The notes beneath the pieces are model-generated. The model ran no database searches. It saw only the letters and a list, made by a program, of their open reading frames with translations, and was not told the origin of the DNA. From the NCBI GenBank assembly GCA_031363915.1, contig JANLVI010000007.1:190895-254894 (forward strand): a DNA stretch of 64,000 bases. Reading direction: 5' to 3'. Made by a program: the position numbers and the translations under genes. Positions 1-8,921 of this stretch are shown here, in pieces. Source of the stretch: Vulcanimicrobiota bacterium (GTDB lineage Bacteria; Vulcanimicrobiota; Vulcanimicrobiia; Vulcanimicrobiales; Vulcanimicrobiaceae). How positions within the stretch are numbered: the stretch's first letter is position 1; each line of letters starts with the position of its first letter.

Positions 1-156
1 GCCCAGTATAGTGGCGCACTGCAATTCGAGACGCCCGCGCTCGACGATACACCGCACGCGCTGACCTTGACGATCGCGCCGTTTTTGCGCGATGGTTCGG
101 ATGTGCCCGGTGAGATTTCGTTTAGCGCAATTCCCGCATCGACGATACCGCGCTAG
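1..156 (+). CDS. 3' end of an upstream gene of unknown product (partial, enters from the left edge)
   Basis: Frame 1 is open from nt 1 to TAG at 154-156 with high GC3 like the surrounding genes. The peptide AQYSGALQFETPALDDTPHALTLTIAPFLRDGSDVPGEISFSAIPASTIPR matches no family I recognise. Confidence 0.3.
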   Translation, partial: AQYSGALQFETPALDDTPHALTLTIAPFLRDGSDVPGEISFSAIPASTIPR

Positions 157-213
157 ACAAGGAACCCCAGGCGAGGGTGCCAAAAGCTCGACGGCCCGAC
201 GGCGAAACTTTTC

Positions 214-238
214 AGAAGGCCGTCGAGCCTTTTCTCGT
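214..238 (+). terminator. Possible intrinsic terminator after the partial upstream gene
   Basis: Imperfect hairpin GAAGGC-cgtcga-GCCTTT followed by TTTTCTCGTG, about 60 nt after the TAG at 156 and before the next start at 256. Confidence 0.3.
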
Positions 239-255
239 GCCTACGGGAGTTTTTC

Positions 256-843
256 ATGCGTCGTCTCGTCCTTAGTCTCGCCGTCGTTTGCGCGAGCGCC
301 GTGTTCTCAGCGTGCGCCGGTTCCGGTGGCTACGCGTTTAACAATACGAATGGCGGCAAAATCGACCGCATCGTGTTCAGCGGCGGCAATGCCGCCGGCG
401 GCATTTTCAAACTTGCTGCGAACCCGACTGTGCCGTTGCTCATCGCAGCCGTCGGGGTGAAGGGGTCGCAGAACTCGATCGTTCCGGATCAGACGTTCGT
501 GTGGTCGGCATCGCTTGCGTCGGGCGGGCAAGTGTACGGCAATAACGTCAACGGTGTGACGGGCACGTGCCCGGTGCCGGCGGCCGGTTCGATCATCAAC
601 CAAGGAGCGGTGACCTCGCCGATCGTTTTGCGCTTCCCCGCGACGAGCGCAATTACCGGCTCGTCGCCAACCGGCACCCCGAGCATCGCGTCGAATCTCG
701 CGCCGTACGATCCGGCATTTCAGTCCGACTCGGTCTATGTGATTCCGCTCAATAACGTTCCCTCACCGTACTGCTTGACGATTCAAGCGACGCACTCGAG
801 CGACGGCGTGTTCGGTACGCAAGTCGTGTTCGTCGGCAACTAA
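256..843 (+). CDS. Hypothetical secreted protein, probably a lipoprotein (Gly/Asn/Ser-rich)
   Basis: N-terminal signal peptide MRRLVLSLAVVCASAVFSAC with a lipobox-like FSAC. No catalytic motif recognised. GGGGAG Shine-Dalgarno upstream. Confidence 0.55.
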   Translation: MRRLVLSLAVVCASAVFSACAGSGGYAFNNTNGGKIDRIVFSGGNAAGGIFKLAANPTVPLLIAAVGVKGSQNSIVPDQTFVWSASLASGGQVYGNNVNGVTGTCPVPAAGSIINQGAVTSPIVLRFPATSAITGSSPTGTPSIASNLAPYDPAFQSDSVYVIPLNNVPSPYCLTIQATHSSDGVFGTQVVFVGN

Positions 844-878
844 GACCCATCATCGTCGTTTGCGAAGACGGGGAGCGC

Positions 879-1496
879 ATGCGCTCTCCGTTTTTCTATT
901 CGGGCATCTACGCGATTCTCGAACCGCAGCGTCGCGACCCCGTCGCCTACACGCATGCGCTGCTTGCGGGCGGCGTGCGCGTCGTGCAAGTGCGCGCGAA
1001 GACCGGTCTGGACCGCGAGCTGCTTCGCGCGCTCGTTCCCATCGTGCGCGGGTACAATGGCATCGTGATCGTCAACGATGATGTTGATGCGGCGCTCGAA
1101 GCCGACGGCGTTCACCTCGGCCAGGAAGATGCGGCGCGGCACGATCTCGCCGCATTGCGCGCGCGTTTGGGCCGTCGCGTGATCGGACTCTCGTGCGGTA
1201 CGCCAGATGAAGCGTGGCAAGCGGATCCCCAGATCGTCGATTACCTCGGCGTCGGACCGATCTTCACGACGCGCTCGAAAGCCGATGCCGGCGGTGCCAT
1301 CGGCGTAAGCGGCGTGCGCGCCGTTACGGCCGTAGCGGCAGTGCCGTGCGTCGCCATCGGCGGCATCGACGCGACGAACCTCGCGCGCGCGAAAGAGAGC
1401 GGCGTGCAGATGGCTGCGATCATCTCGGCCTTGGCGGAGGCGCACGATCCGCGCATCCTCGCGCACGAACTCACGCAGCTCTGGAGTGCTTCATGA
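879..1496 (+). CDS. thiE: Thiamine-phosphate synthase
   Basis: Motifs AILEP, VQVRAK, NDDVDAALEADGVHLGQED and GVGPIFTTRSK are typical of ThiE. Its stop overlaps the thiD start (ATGA at 1493-1496). Confidence 0.9.
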   Translation: MRSPFFYSGIYAILEPQRRDPVAYTHALLAGGVRVVQVRAKTGLDRELLRALVPIVRGYNGIVIVNDDVDAALEADGVHLGQEDAARHDLAALRARLGRRVIGLSCGTPDEAWQADPQIVDYLGVGPIFTTRSKADAGGAIGVSGVRAVTAVAAVPCVAIGGIDATNLARAKESGVQMAAIISALAEAHDPRILAHELTQLWSAS

Positions 1497-2248
1497 ACGT
1501 CATCGCCTCGATCGGAACGACCCACCCGTTTTGCGTTGCGGGTCTGGGTGCCGCGCAGGCACTCGTCCGCGAACTTGGCGCGCGTTCGGTGTGCGTCATC
1601 GCCGGTGTGACCGCGCAGGATGCGGAGCGAATTTACGCGCGGCATCCGATCGATGCCGGAACGATCCGCGCGCAGTTCGGCGCGCTGCGGACGGCCGGGA
1701 TCGTTGCCGCGCACGTCGGCGCGCTACTCGACGTCGCGGGCGTAAACGCGGTTGCAAACGCCCTCGAGGAGTGGGGTGAGATTCCGCTCGTTTGCGATCC
1801 CGTCATCTCTGCAACCGGCGGAGATACGCTCGCCGATTCGCGCACGCAGCATGCCATCCGCGACCGGCTTTTTTCGCGCGCGACGCTCGTGACGCCGAAC
1901 CTCGATGAGGCGCGCATGTATTTAGGCACGACGATCGATTCGCTCGAAGGCATGCAGATCGCCGCGCGCGAGTTCGGCCGTTTTGGCTCCAAAGCCGTGC
2001 TGCTCAAAGGCGGCCATCTCGCCGACCGCGCCGCCGACGTGCTGTGGTGCGACGGCACGATTGTGATTTTCGATGACGAGCGGCTGCCGCACGAACTGCG
2101 CGGCACGGGCGATCTGCTCTCGGCGGCAATTACCGTTGCGCTCGGCAACGGTGCGAGCGTGCACGACGCGGTGGTTTGGGCGCGAAAAGTCGTGCGGGCG
2201 AAGATCGCCGCCGGCGTTGCGTTTGCCGGGATGCGCGTCGCGCCGTAA
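1493..2248 (+). CDS. thiD: Hydroxymethylpyrimidine / phosphomethylpyrimidine kinase
   Basis: In-frame ATG at 1493 inside track ORF 1214..2248. The product MNVIASIGTTHPFCVAGLGA...VLLKGGHL...RGTGDLLSAAI is a ThiD/PdxK-family ribokinase-like kinase. The upstream 93 aa of the track ORF is Arg-rich junk overlapping thiE. Confidence 0.9.
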   Translation: MNVIASIGTTHPFCVAGLGAAQALVRELGARSVCVIAGVTAQDAERIYARHPIDAGTIRAQFGALRTAGIVAAHVGALLDVAGVNAVANALEEWGEIPLVCDPVISATGGDTLADSRTQHAIRDRLFSRATLVTPNLDEARMYLGTTIDSLEGMQIAAREFGRFGSKAVLLKGGHLADRAADVLWCDGTIVIFDDERLPHELRGTGDLLSAAITVALGNGASVHDAVVWARKVVRAKIAAGVAFAGMRVAP

Positions 2249-2251
2249 GGT

Positions 2252-2527
2252 CTAACGCGTCTCCGCCATGCAATCGGCGCAGTACACCGGCGCATCGTTG
2301 CGCAGCTGGAACTGCACTTCGACCGGCTTCGCGCATCCGTTGCACGTCACGGTGTAGAGGATGATGTTCCACGCCGAACCGCGCTGCGTGCGTCGCGCAC
2401 GGTGGCAGTCGCGACAGCGCTGCGGTCGCTCGCCGACACTCGTTCGTGCGAAAAATTCTCGTTCTGCCGCGCTGAAGGCGAGCAGCGTGCCGCATTCAGT
2501 GCAGGTTAGCGCCTCGCTCGTATACAA
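2252..2527 (-). CDS. Small zinc-ribbon protein with two CxxC...CxxC modules
   Basis: CTEC...CRDC and CNGC...CADC cysteine pairs with an FSAAEREFF motif. The likely start is TTG near 2527, 4 nt after a GGGAGG Shine-Dalgarno. The track start at 2599 would sit only 4 nt from the trpS start, so I prefer the internal start. The gene is convergent with thiD with a 3-nt gap. Confidence 0.5.
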   Translation of the reverse strand: MYTSEALTCTECGTLLAFSAAEREFFARTSVGERPQRCRDCHRARRTQRGSAWNIILYTVTCNGCAKPVEVQFQLRNDAPVYCADCMAETR

Positions 2528-2602
2528 AGGGCCTCCCGCTCTCCACCAGCTTCGGTGGTATCCTCTAGCATAGCAAAAACGCCGTACAAAAGGAATCACG
2601 CC

Positions 2603-3583
2603 GTGCCCAGCGTTCCACGCGTCATGTCGGGGATGCGACCGACCGGTCGCCTACATATCGGACATCTCGTGGGCGCGCTCGAACAGTATGTCGAGTTCAC
2701 CAAGACGACCGAAGCGTTTTTCGAAGTCGCCGACGTTCACGCATATACGACGGCCTTCGATGAGCCCGATAAAATCCGCGCGGCGCGAACGGAACTCGTT
2801 CTCGATTGGCTCGCAGCGGGCGTGGACCCCGAGCGGTGCACGATTTTTCTGCAGAGCGCGGTGCCGGAGATTTTCGAACTGCACACGTTGCTCTCGATGA
2901 TCGTACCGGTGTCGTGGCTCGAACGCGTGCCGACGTATAAAAGTCAGATCTTAGAACTCGGCGATCAGATCGCCACGTACGGGTTTCTCGGATATCCGCT
3001 CTTGCAGCTCTGCGACATCGCGGTCTTTGGAGCCAACCGCGTGCCAGTCGGCAAAGATCAGGTCTCGCATTTGGAGTTCGGCCGCGAAGTCGTGCGCCGC
3101 TTCAACTCGCTCTACGGCAAGACGCTCGTCGAGCCCGACGCGACGCTCTCGGATTTTCCGGCGTTGCCCGGAACGGACGGACGGAAGATGTCCAAGTCAT
3201 ACAACAACACGATCGACATCGCGGACACGGCCGATGAGACGCTCAAAAAAGTGCGCTCGATGGTGACCGATCCGCAGAAGGTCCGGCGCAACGATCCGGG
3301 TCGCCCGGAGATCTGCCCGGTCTTCGCCCTCCATCACCTGAGTACGTCCGCCGCGCGAATCACGGAGATCGATCTTGATTGCCGCAGCGGCGCACTCGGC
3401 TGCGTAGCGTGCAAGACGGAACTCGCCGAGACGATCAACGCGAAACTCGCGCCCGTGCGCGCGCGCCGCGCGCAGTTCGATCCGGCGTCGGTTGACGCGA
3501 TCCTCGCGCGCGGCAGTGCGAAGGCGCGCGAGGTCGCAAACGAAACGATGCGCGCCGTGCGCGCGGCGATGAAGCTTACCTAA
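2603..3583 (+). CDS. trpS: Tryptophan--tRNA ligase
   Basis: Class I HIGH motif (TGRLHIGH) and KMSKS (GRKMSKSY). Probable GTG start at 2603 with an AGGA Shine-Dalgarno 9 nt upstream. The track ORF 2555..3583 carries an N-terminal extension that overlaps the zinc-ribbon gene. Confidence 0.9.
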   Translation: MPSVPRVMSGMRPTGRLHIGHLVGALEQYVEFTKTTEAFFEVADVHAYTTAFDEPDKIRAARTELVLDWLAAGVDPERCTIFLQSAVPEIFELHTLLSMIVPVSWLERVPTYKSQILELGDQIATYGFLGYPLLQLCDIAVFGANRVPVGKDQVSHLEFGREVVRRFNSLYGKTLVEPDATLSDFPALPGTDGRKMSKSYNNTIDIADTADETLKKVRSMVTDPQKVRRNDPGRPEICPVFALHHLSTSAARITEIDLDCRSGALGCVACKTELAETINAKLAPVRARRAQFDPASVDAILARGSAKAREVANETMRAVRAAMKLT

Positions 3584-4776
3584 GACGTGCGGTACGTGGT
3601 GAGCGCGTTTGCAACACGGTCGAGTGCGAGGTCGATGTTCTCGAACGACGCCGCGTAGCTAAATCGGAGATAGCCGCCGCCGGCTTTGCCGAAGCACGAA
3701 CCGCCGAGGGCCGCGACGCCGCCTTCCTCAAGCAAGAAGTGCGCGAGGTGCATGTCGTCTTTTGTGATCTTCGAGAAATTTGGGAACGCGTAGAACGCGC
3801 CCATCGGCGTCGTGCACGATACGTTCGGAATCGCGTTTAAGCCCTTGACGATGCGGTCGCGGCGCTGGTGGAAGATCGAATTCATCTCTTGAATCGGCCG
3901 GTCATCGCCGAGCAGTGCGGCGATTCCGGCGCGCTGTACGAACGTTGCAACGCACGAGTACGTATTGTTCGCAAAGAGCGTGACGGTCTTGGCCAAACGC
4001 GCGGGCATGATGGCGTAGCCCAGACGCCAGCCCGTCATCGCGTAGGCTTTGGAGAAACCGTCGACGATGATCGTGCGCTCGCGCATCCCCGGCAGCGTCG
4101 CGATCGAGACGAACTCGCCGTCGTAGAGGTTGCGGCTGTAGATCTCATCGGAGATCACCAGGATGTCGTGCTTGATGGCGAGTTCCGCGATCGCACGCAA
4201 GTCTTCAATAGAAAGCACGCCGCCCGTCGGATTGTGCGGCGAGTTGATGACTAATACTTTGGTTTTGGCGCTCACGGTTTTCGCGAGCACGTCCAGGTCC
4301 AGCTGCCAGTTGCGCGACTCGAGCAGCGGAACCGGCACGGCTTTGGCCTGGAGGTAGCTCGCGCACGACGCGTATGCCGGATAGGCGGGGTCGGCGTAGA
4401 CCATCTCATCGCCCGGATCGAGCAGCGCGGAGAGTATATTCCAGATCACGGGTTTGGCGCCGGGGGCGACCACAACCTCATCGCGGTGGAACGGAGCGAT
4501 CCCGCGGAACGTGCCCGCGTACTCCGCGATCACGTCCCGCAGCTCCACGATCCCGGCGGAAGGCGTGTAATGCGAGAAGTTGTGTTCGATCGCTTCGATC
4601 CCGGCGCGCTTGATGTGCGCGGGGGTGTCGAAATCCGGTTCGCCGACCTCCATATGGACGATCGTGCGGCCCTCGGCTTCGAGCTGGCGAGCCCGCGCGA
4701 GAACTTCGAACGCCTTCTCACTGCCAAGGCGCGAGACGGCCTCTGCGAGCAGATCCGGGTGGTGCGTTGCAACCAT
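3580..4776 (-). CDS. Class I/II pyridoxal-phosphate aminotransferase (aspartate/aromatic family)
   Basis: 398 aa with the PLP-lysine motif SFSKAYAMTGWRLGY, plus NSPHNPTG and a GAFY..P C-terminal region. The exact substrate is not assignable from sequence. Confidence 0.9.
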   Translation of the reverse strand: MVATHHPDLLAEAVSRLGSEKAFEVLARARQLEAEGRTIVHMEVGEPDFDTPAHIKRAGIEAIEHNFSHYTPSAGIVELRDVIAEYAGTFRGIAPFHRDEVVVAPGAKPVIWNILSALLDPGDEMVYADPAYPAYASCASYLQAKAVPVPLLESRNWQLDLDVLAKTVSAKTKVLVINSPHNPTGGVLSIEDLRAIAELAIKHDILVISDEIYSRNLYDGEFVSIATLPGMRERTIIVDGFSKAYAMTGWRLGYAIMPARLAKTVTLFANNTYSCVATFVQRAGIAALLGDDRPIQEMNSIFHQRRDRIVKGLNAIPNVSCTTPMGAFYAFPNFSKITKDDMHLAHFLLEEGGVAALGGSCFGKAGGGYLRFSYAASFENIDLALDRVANALTTYRTS

Positions 4777-4817
4777 AAAATGGGCCCCTTTTCAGTCAAG
4801 GTCGGGCGCTTTGTTCC

Positions 4818-7800
4818 GTGGAACAAGCCGGAGCTGTTATGCGGACCCTGACGGAAGTTTTCGCGCCGGGCGAACCAACATTACCTGAGGGCCTTCGAAC
4901 GCTCGTCATTTCTCCGGATCGCATAGTCGAACCTGGAGTTACGGTGCGCGCCTCGTTTGCGTTTTATAACATGGGCGGTGCCGCAGCAACCGGTCTGCGC
5001 GTGCGCTTCACGCATCCTGACGGACTGCGCTATCTTGCCGGTAGCGCGAAGATCGACGACCAGCCGCTCGACGAACCACGCGATGAAGCAACGCTGCTCT
5101 CGCCCAACGGCGCCGATATCGGTGAGGTCCCGCCGGGCGTCGAGCGCAGAATCTCGCTCTCGTTCGTGGTCGCGCCGACGATCGAAAACGGCCGCACGAT
5201 CCAGCTCCAGGCGGCCCTAGCTTCGTTCGAAACCGACGTCATCGGGTCGAACGTCGTTACGCTCACGACGCGCAGCCGGCCCGATCTTGGGAATCCGGCG
5301 ACCGTCGCCTCGATCGAAGCGGTCCGCGCCGCCGAGCCGGGCGAAGACGTCCGCGTCGCGGCGCGCATCTATAATGCCGGGCAATCCAGCGCCCACGATG
5401 TGACCGTGGTGTTGCCGGTCCCCGATCGCACGCGCTACGTCGCAGGCAGCGCACGGATCGACGGGCGCCCGATCGTGACCGACGATCGCGGCGACCCGTT
5501 TGGCTTCGCGTACGCGCCGATTGCCGCGTCGTCGTTCGCGCCCGGCGCTACTCTAACGATCGAGTACCGCGCGACGATCGATTCGCCGCTCGATAACGAA
5601 ACTAAAATCTTCGTCTACGGGGCCGTTGCCGCCGAAGAGATTCCGGAATTCGAACTCGACCGCGCGGAACTTACCGTGCATTCCGCGCCGCGGTTCGATG
5701 ACGAACGTACCTCGCTTTTCGCCGATGCCGAAGGTGACGTCGAGCCGGGCCGTCGGATTCGTCTTGCGCTTGCCGGATATAACGCCGGAACGTGCGCGGC
5801 CGACGACGTCAAACTGCGCATCGACTTGCCCGAGGGGTTACGATACGCACCGGGCTCGCGCGCGATTGACGGACGTTCGGTCGGCGAATCGGAAACCGCT
5901 GGTCTCTTTACGTTCGAACGCATCCCCGCAGGCGAACGCGTCGAAGTCTCGCTCGATGCCTACGTCGTCTCGCCTGCCGTCGACGGCGCGCATCTGCGCG
6001 TGGTCTCGTCGCTTGGTGACGGCGGCGGCACGCGCGGCTTCGAGCGCACGTTCACCGTGCGTGCGGAACCGCGCTTTGCGCCTGCCCGGAACACACTCGC
6101 ACTCGATGGTTCGGCATCGGTCGCGCCGGGCTCGGTTGCGCGCTTCCTCGTTTCGCTCGTCAACGACGGCACGACCACTTCGAGCGCCGCGCAAGTGTTG
6201 CTCACCGCCGATACCGGACTCGGCGTGCTGCGCTTCATCGGCGTCGACGGCGAAGAGTCGCGCGTCCAGAACAACACGCTGGACCTCGGCGACCTCGCAC
6301 CGAACGTGTCGCGCGAAATCGTACTGCTCGCGAGCGTCGCATCGCCGATTGCCGATCGCACCGAACTGCGCGTGAGGGCGGAACTGCTCACGCGCGAGAG
6401 CGGAACGCTCAACCTCGGGTCGGTCACGCTCGTCACGCGCTCGCGCCCGCGATTCTCGCCGCAGAGTTCGCGCCTTGCACTCGTCAGCAGCGAGTCGCTA
6501 CGTCCGAATCGTTCGACCGATATTGCGGTCGCGATCGAAAACGACGGGACCGACGTCGCGCGCGACGTGCGGCTCGCACTCGATCTGCCGGCCGACGTTC
6601 GCGTCGAGAGCGTCGACGGTGCGACGCGTTCGGGCGATACGATTCTTTTCGGTGACGTTCCCGCCGGAGCGCGCGCCGATGCGACCTTGCGCGTGCGGCT
6701 CGCACGCTTCGTCCCGCGCGGTTCGGCGATCGCCATCGGCGGCCGCGTCAGCGGGGTGGGGCTCTTACCGTTCGCACTCGACCTTCTCACGATTCCGACG
6801 CTTGCCGAAGCCGACTTCTCGCACAACGCCTCGGTGCGCACGCAGCCGTTCGAAACGGTCGACGCGGGCGAACCGATGTACTTCGTGCTCGCAGTGCGCA
6901 ACACGGGCGACGGTCCGGCCGCGCGCGTGACGATTCGCGTCGCGCTTCCCGAACACACGGCGTACGTCCCGGGGTCGACGGCGGTCAACGACGTCCCGCT
7001 GCTCGATGCATCCGGCGGATCGGTGCTCTGGTCGAAGACGGGGCTCGCACTCGAAGACGTCGGACCGGGCGTCGAAATTCTGGTCCGCTGGTGCGGGATC
7101 GTAAACACGCCGCTCGTCGCCGGGACGCTCATCGCCGCGCACGCCGACCTTGCGTGGGACGGGACCGGCGCAACCCAAGTGAGCTCGGCCGCGGTGCGCG
7201 TGCGCTCGACACCGCAATTCGCCGTGCGTGCAAGCGGCTTGCCGTTCTCCGTCGCCGGCGTCGCGCCGCGCGCAAGCGACTTCGTTCGCGAATCCGAATC
7301 GCAGCCGGGGACGTTGCCCGCCGCGCCGATCGCCTTGCCGCGTCCGCTGCCGGTTGCCGGACGTCCCGATGCCCTCGCCCCGCCGCCGAACGCACCGGTT
7401 GACGCCGAAGACGCGCGCTTCGCGCCTGCGCACGCACCCGAGGCTCTCGCGGAGCCGCCGCCAGTTGCTACGCCGCAAGCAATCGTCGCCGAGGCGGATG
7501 CGCCGCGTGAACCGCTCGCCCCGCCCGCCCCGTTGCCGCCGATTCCGGCGCCGGTTTTCGTCTCGCATCTGGATCTCTCGCGCGAAGCGGTCGAACGCGC
7601 ACTGGCCTTTATCGACCAAGCCGACTACGGCGGACTCGTTTCGCACCTCTTCGTCGTGCGCAGTTTCTTCCCCGAGGGGGTCTCCGGTCTCGATGGTGAG
7701 GTCGCGCCGAAATTCGGCGCCGAACGCGATGCGTTGCGTAGCGTGCTCGATCGCCTGTTCATCAAACTGCGCCTGCCGCGTTACGCCCTCACGGCAAAAG

Positions 7801-8237
7801 ACCTCGAAGATCGTCCGTCGCGCAACGCCCTTATGGAGCTGGTCGGTGCAATGCGCAGCGCGCGCTCGATGACCGAAGGCGAGCTCGCACCGCAAGCGGC
7901 GACCGTTCGTATCAGCGGACCGATCGATCGCGACCGCATCGTTTCGCGCTTGACCTCGCTCGAGAGCGAAGCTTTGGGTTCGGCGTTGCCGTGGCTCGTA
8001 CTCGCAGAATTTCTTGGAACGACCATCACCGTCGACGGCGCGACATCTGAGGTGCTCGGTTCGTATCGAAGCGCCCTGATTGCGGCGTTTGCAAACGTGA
8101 GCGCTCTCCCGCTCGAAGAATTTCACCGCGTGCTTGCCGAGAGTTCGAATCCGGGGCTCGATGCGAAGCTCGCGGATGTCAAAACGGCGCTGCGCGCGTC
8201 ACTCGAAGTGACAGCAACCATCTCCGACGCACGCTAA
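4818..8237 (+). CDS. Giant protein of tandem DUF11-type repeats, a Pro/Ala-rich linker and a C-terminal domain of unknown function; no signal peptide
   Basis: 1139 aa (GTG at 4818 or ATG at 4839). Six to seven tandem ~125-135-aa repeats, each with the pattern R-x-R-P-x-F ... PG ... V ... N.G...A.DV.L ... LP.GLRY(V/A)(A/P)GS..IDG. A ~90-aa PxxP/Ala linker follows at ~7300-7560, then a ~225-aa C-terminal domain. The N-terminus MRTLTEVFAPGEP is not a signal peptide. Confidence 0.8.
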   Translation: MEQAGAVMRTLTEVFAPGEPTLPEGLRTLVISPDRIVEPGVTVRASFAFYNMGGAAATGLRVRFTHPDGLRYLAGSAKIDDQPLDEPRDEATLLSPNGADIGEVPPGVERRISLSFVVAPTIENGRTIQLQAALASFETDVIGSNVVTLTTRSRPDLGNPATVASIEAVRAAEPGEDVRVAARIYNAGQSSAHDVTVVLPVPDRTRYVAGSARIDGRPIVTDDRGDPFGFAYAPIAASSFAPGATLTIEYRATIDSPLDNETKIFVYGAVAAEEIPEFELDRAELTVHSAPRFDDERTSLFADAEGDVEPGRRIRLALAGYNAGTCAADDVKLRIDLPEGLRYAPGSRAIDGRSVGESETAGLFTFERIPAGERVEVSLDAYVVSPAVDGAHLRVVSSLGDGGGTRGFERTFTVRAEPRFAPARNTLALDGSASVAPGSVARFLVSLVNDGTTTSSAAQVLLTADTGLGVLRFIGVDGEESRVQNNTLDLGDLAPNVSREIVLLASVASPIADRTELRVRAELLTRESGTLNLGSVTLVTRSRPRFSPQSSRLALVSSESLRPNRSTDIAVAIENDGTDVARDVRLALDLPADVRVESVDGATRSGDTILFGDVPAGARADATLRVRLARFVPRGSAIAIGGRVSGVGLLPFALDLLTIPTLAEADFSHNASVRTQPFETVDAGEPMYFVLAVRNTGDGPAARVTIRVALPEHTAYVPGSTAVNDVPLLDASGGSVLWSKTGLALEDVGPGVEILVRWCGIVNTPLVAGTLIAAHADLAWDGTGATQVSSAAVRVRSTPQFAVRASGLPFSVAGVAPRASDFVRESESQPGTLPAAPIALPRPLPVAGRPDALAPPPNAPVDAEDARFAPAHAPEALAEPPPVATPQAIVAEADAPREPLAPPAPLPPIPAPVFVSHLDLSREAVERALAFIDQADYGGLVSHLFVVRSFFPEGVSGLDGEVAPKFGAERDALRSVLDRLFIKLRLPRYALTAKDLEDRPSRNALMELVGAMRSARSMTEGELAPQAATVRISGPIDRDRIVSRLTSLESEALGSALPWLVLAEFLGTTITVDGATSEVLGSYRSALIAAFANVSALPLEEFHRVLAESSNPGLDAKLADVKTALRASLEVTATISDAR
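4860..7260 (+). repeat. Intragenic tandem repeats of ~375-400 nt encoding the DUF11-like modules
   Basis: The signature ...RSRP(R/D)F...VAPG...LP.GLRYxxGSxxIDG recurs six to seven times at roughly regular spacing. The repeats are degenerate at the DNA level (similar at protein level, not identical in nucleotides). Confidence 0.7.
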
Positions 8238-8909
8238 GTGCTCGTTCCGGCGCTCGTCTTCGCGGTTCTCGGCATCGTCCTGATCGCGGTCGCACGGTTT
8301 TGGCCGCGTCCGCCCGTCCCGATTCAATCGCAATCGCGCGCGGGCGTGACGTCGCTCAGCGGCGCCGCCGAACTGAGGGGTCCCGCAAGCGTCCACGTTC
8401 CCTTTACGTGGATCCATTTGGTCGACGCCGACTTGCCGCCCAAACTCGATCTGATGGAACGTCGTCAGCTCGCGGAGGGACTCGGTTTCGTCGGCGAACC
8501 CTGGTGCGCCGATGCACTCGCGCTTGCCTATCAAGAAGACGACGATCTGCGCGATGTGATCGTCGGCGCGATCGGAACGTGCACGGGTTCGGTCGATCCG
8601 ACGCTCTCGCTTGCAACGCGTTCGAATCGAGCAAGTCAGCGTCTCTTGGCGCTCGAAGCATTCGCCCGTCGTCACAACGTTGAAATGCTTGACGCAGGTC
8701 TTGCCGATCGCGAAGAATCCGTCGCACTCGTCGCCGCCGTCGAACTCGTTCGGGCGGGAGAAACGCTGCGCGTCGATGCGTACTTTGCCGACTGCACCGA
8801 CTCGGCGCGCGTGCAGTCCATGCGTTCGGTGCTCGCGCTGCTCGGCGCAGCTTCATGGTCCGCGCCGATCGCTGAGGGCCGCGGAAGGAGCGCTCGCACG
8901 GGCGAGTAA
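8238..8909 (+). CDS. Membrane-anchored protein with HEAT/PBS-lyase-like repeats (hypothetical)
   Basis: GTG start directly abutting the stop of the DUF11 gene. N-terminal TM helix LVPALVFAVLGIVLIAVARFW followed by D..ESVALVAAVELVRAG-type HEAT-like repeats. Confidence 0.55.
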   Translation: MLVPALVFAVLGIVLIAVARFWPRPPVPIQSQSRAGVTSLSGAAELRGPASVHVPFTWIHLVDADLPPKLDLMERRQLAEGLGFVGEPWCADALALAYQEDDDLRDVIVGAIGTCTGSVDPTLSLATRSNRASQRLLALEAFARRHNVEMLDAGLADREESVALVAAVELVRAGETLRVDAYFADCTDSARVQSMRSVLALLGAASWSAPIAEGRGRSARTGE

Positions 8910-8921
8910 GGGCAAGCGCCT

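Noticed and set aside
157-255. Possible TPP (THI-box) riboswitch upstream of the thiE-thiD operon, suggested by a GGTGCC and a TCAGAAGG segment
   Set aside because: The invariant CUGAGA and ACCUGAUCUGGAUAAUGCCAGCGUAGGGAA core elements are absent, and the region directly precedes a lipoprotein gene, not thiE. Only 35 nt separate that gene from thiE, too short for a riboswitch.
2528-2602. T-box leaders upstream of trpS, and likewise upstream of hisS (39700-39768) and aspS (50700-50762), as expected for Firmicutes-like aminoacyl-tRNA synthetase genes
   Set aside because: Each synthetase start is within a few nucleotides of a neighbouring gene (divergent or overlapping). There is no ~250-nt leader to hold a specifier loop or T-box.
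5960-8126. Long minus-strand ORFs (390 aa and 453 aa; Ser/Arg/Thr-rich) antisense to the DUF11 gene
   Set aside because: They have low-complexity S/R/T/A composition and wrong-frame GC3, and they lie entirely inside a gene with clear repeat architecture. They are typical high-GC antisense artefacts. I treated the similar ORFs at 33824-34957 (antisense to the OMP), 38907-40325 (antisense to hisS and the pilin gene), 47631-48887, 20179-20838 and 22083-22382 the same way.
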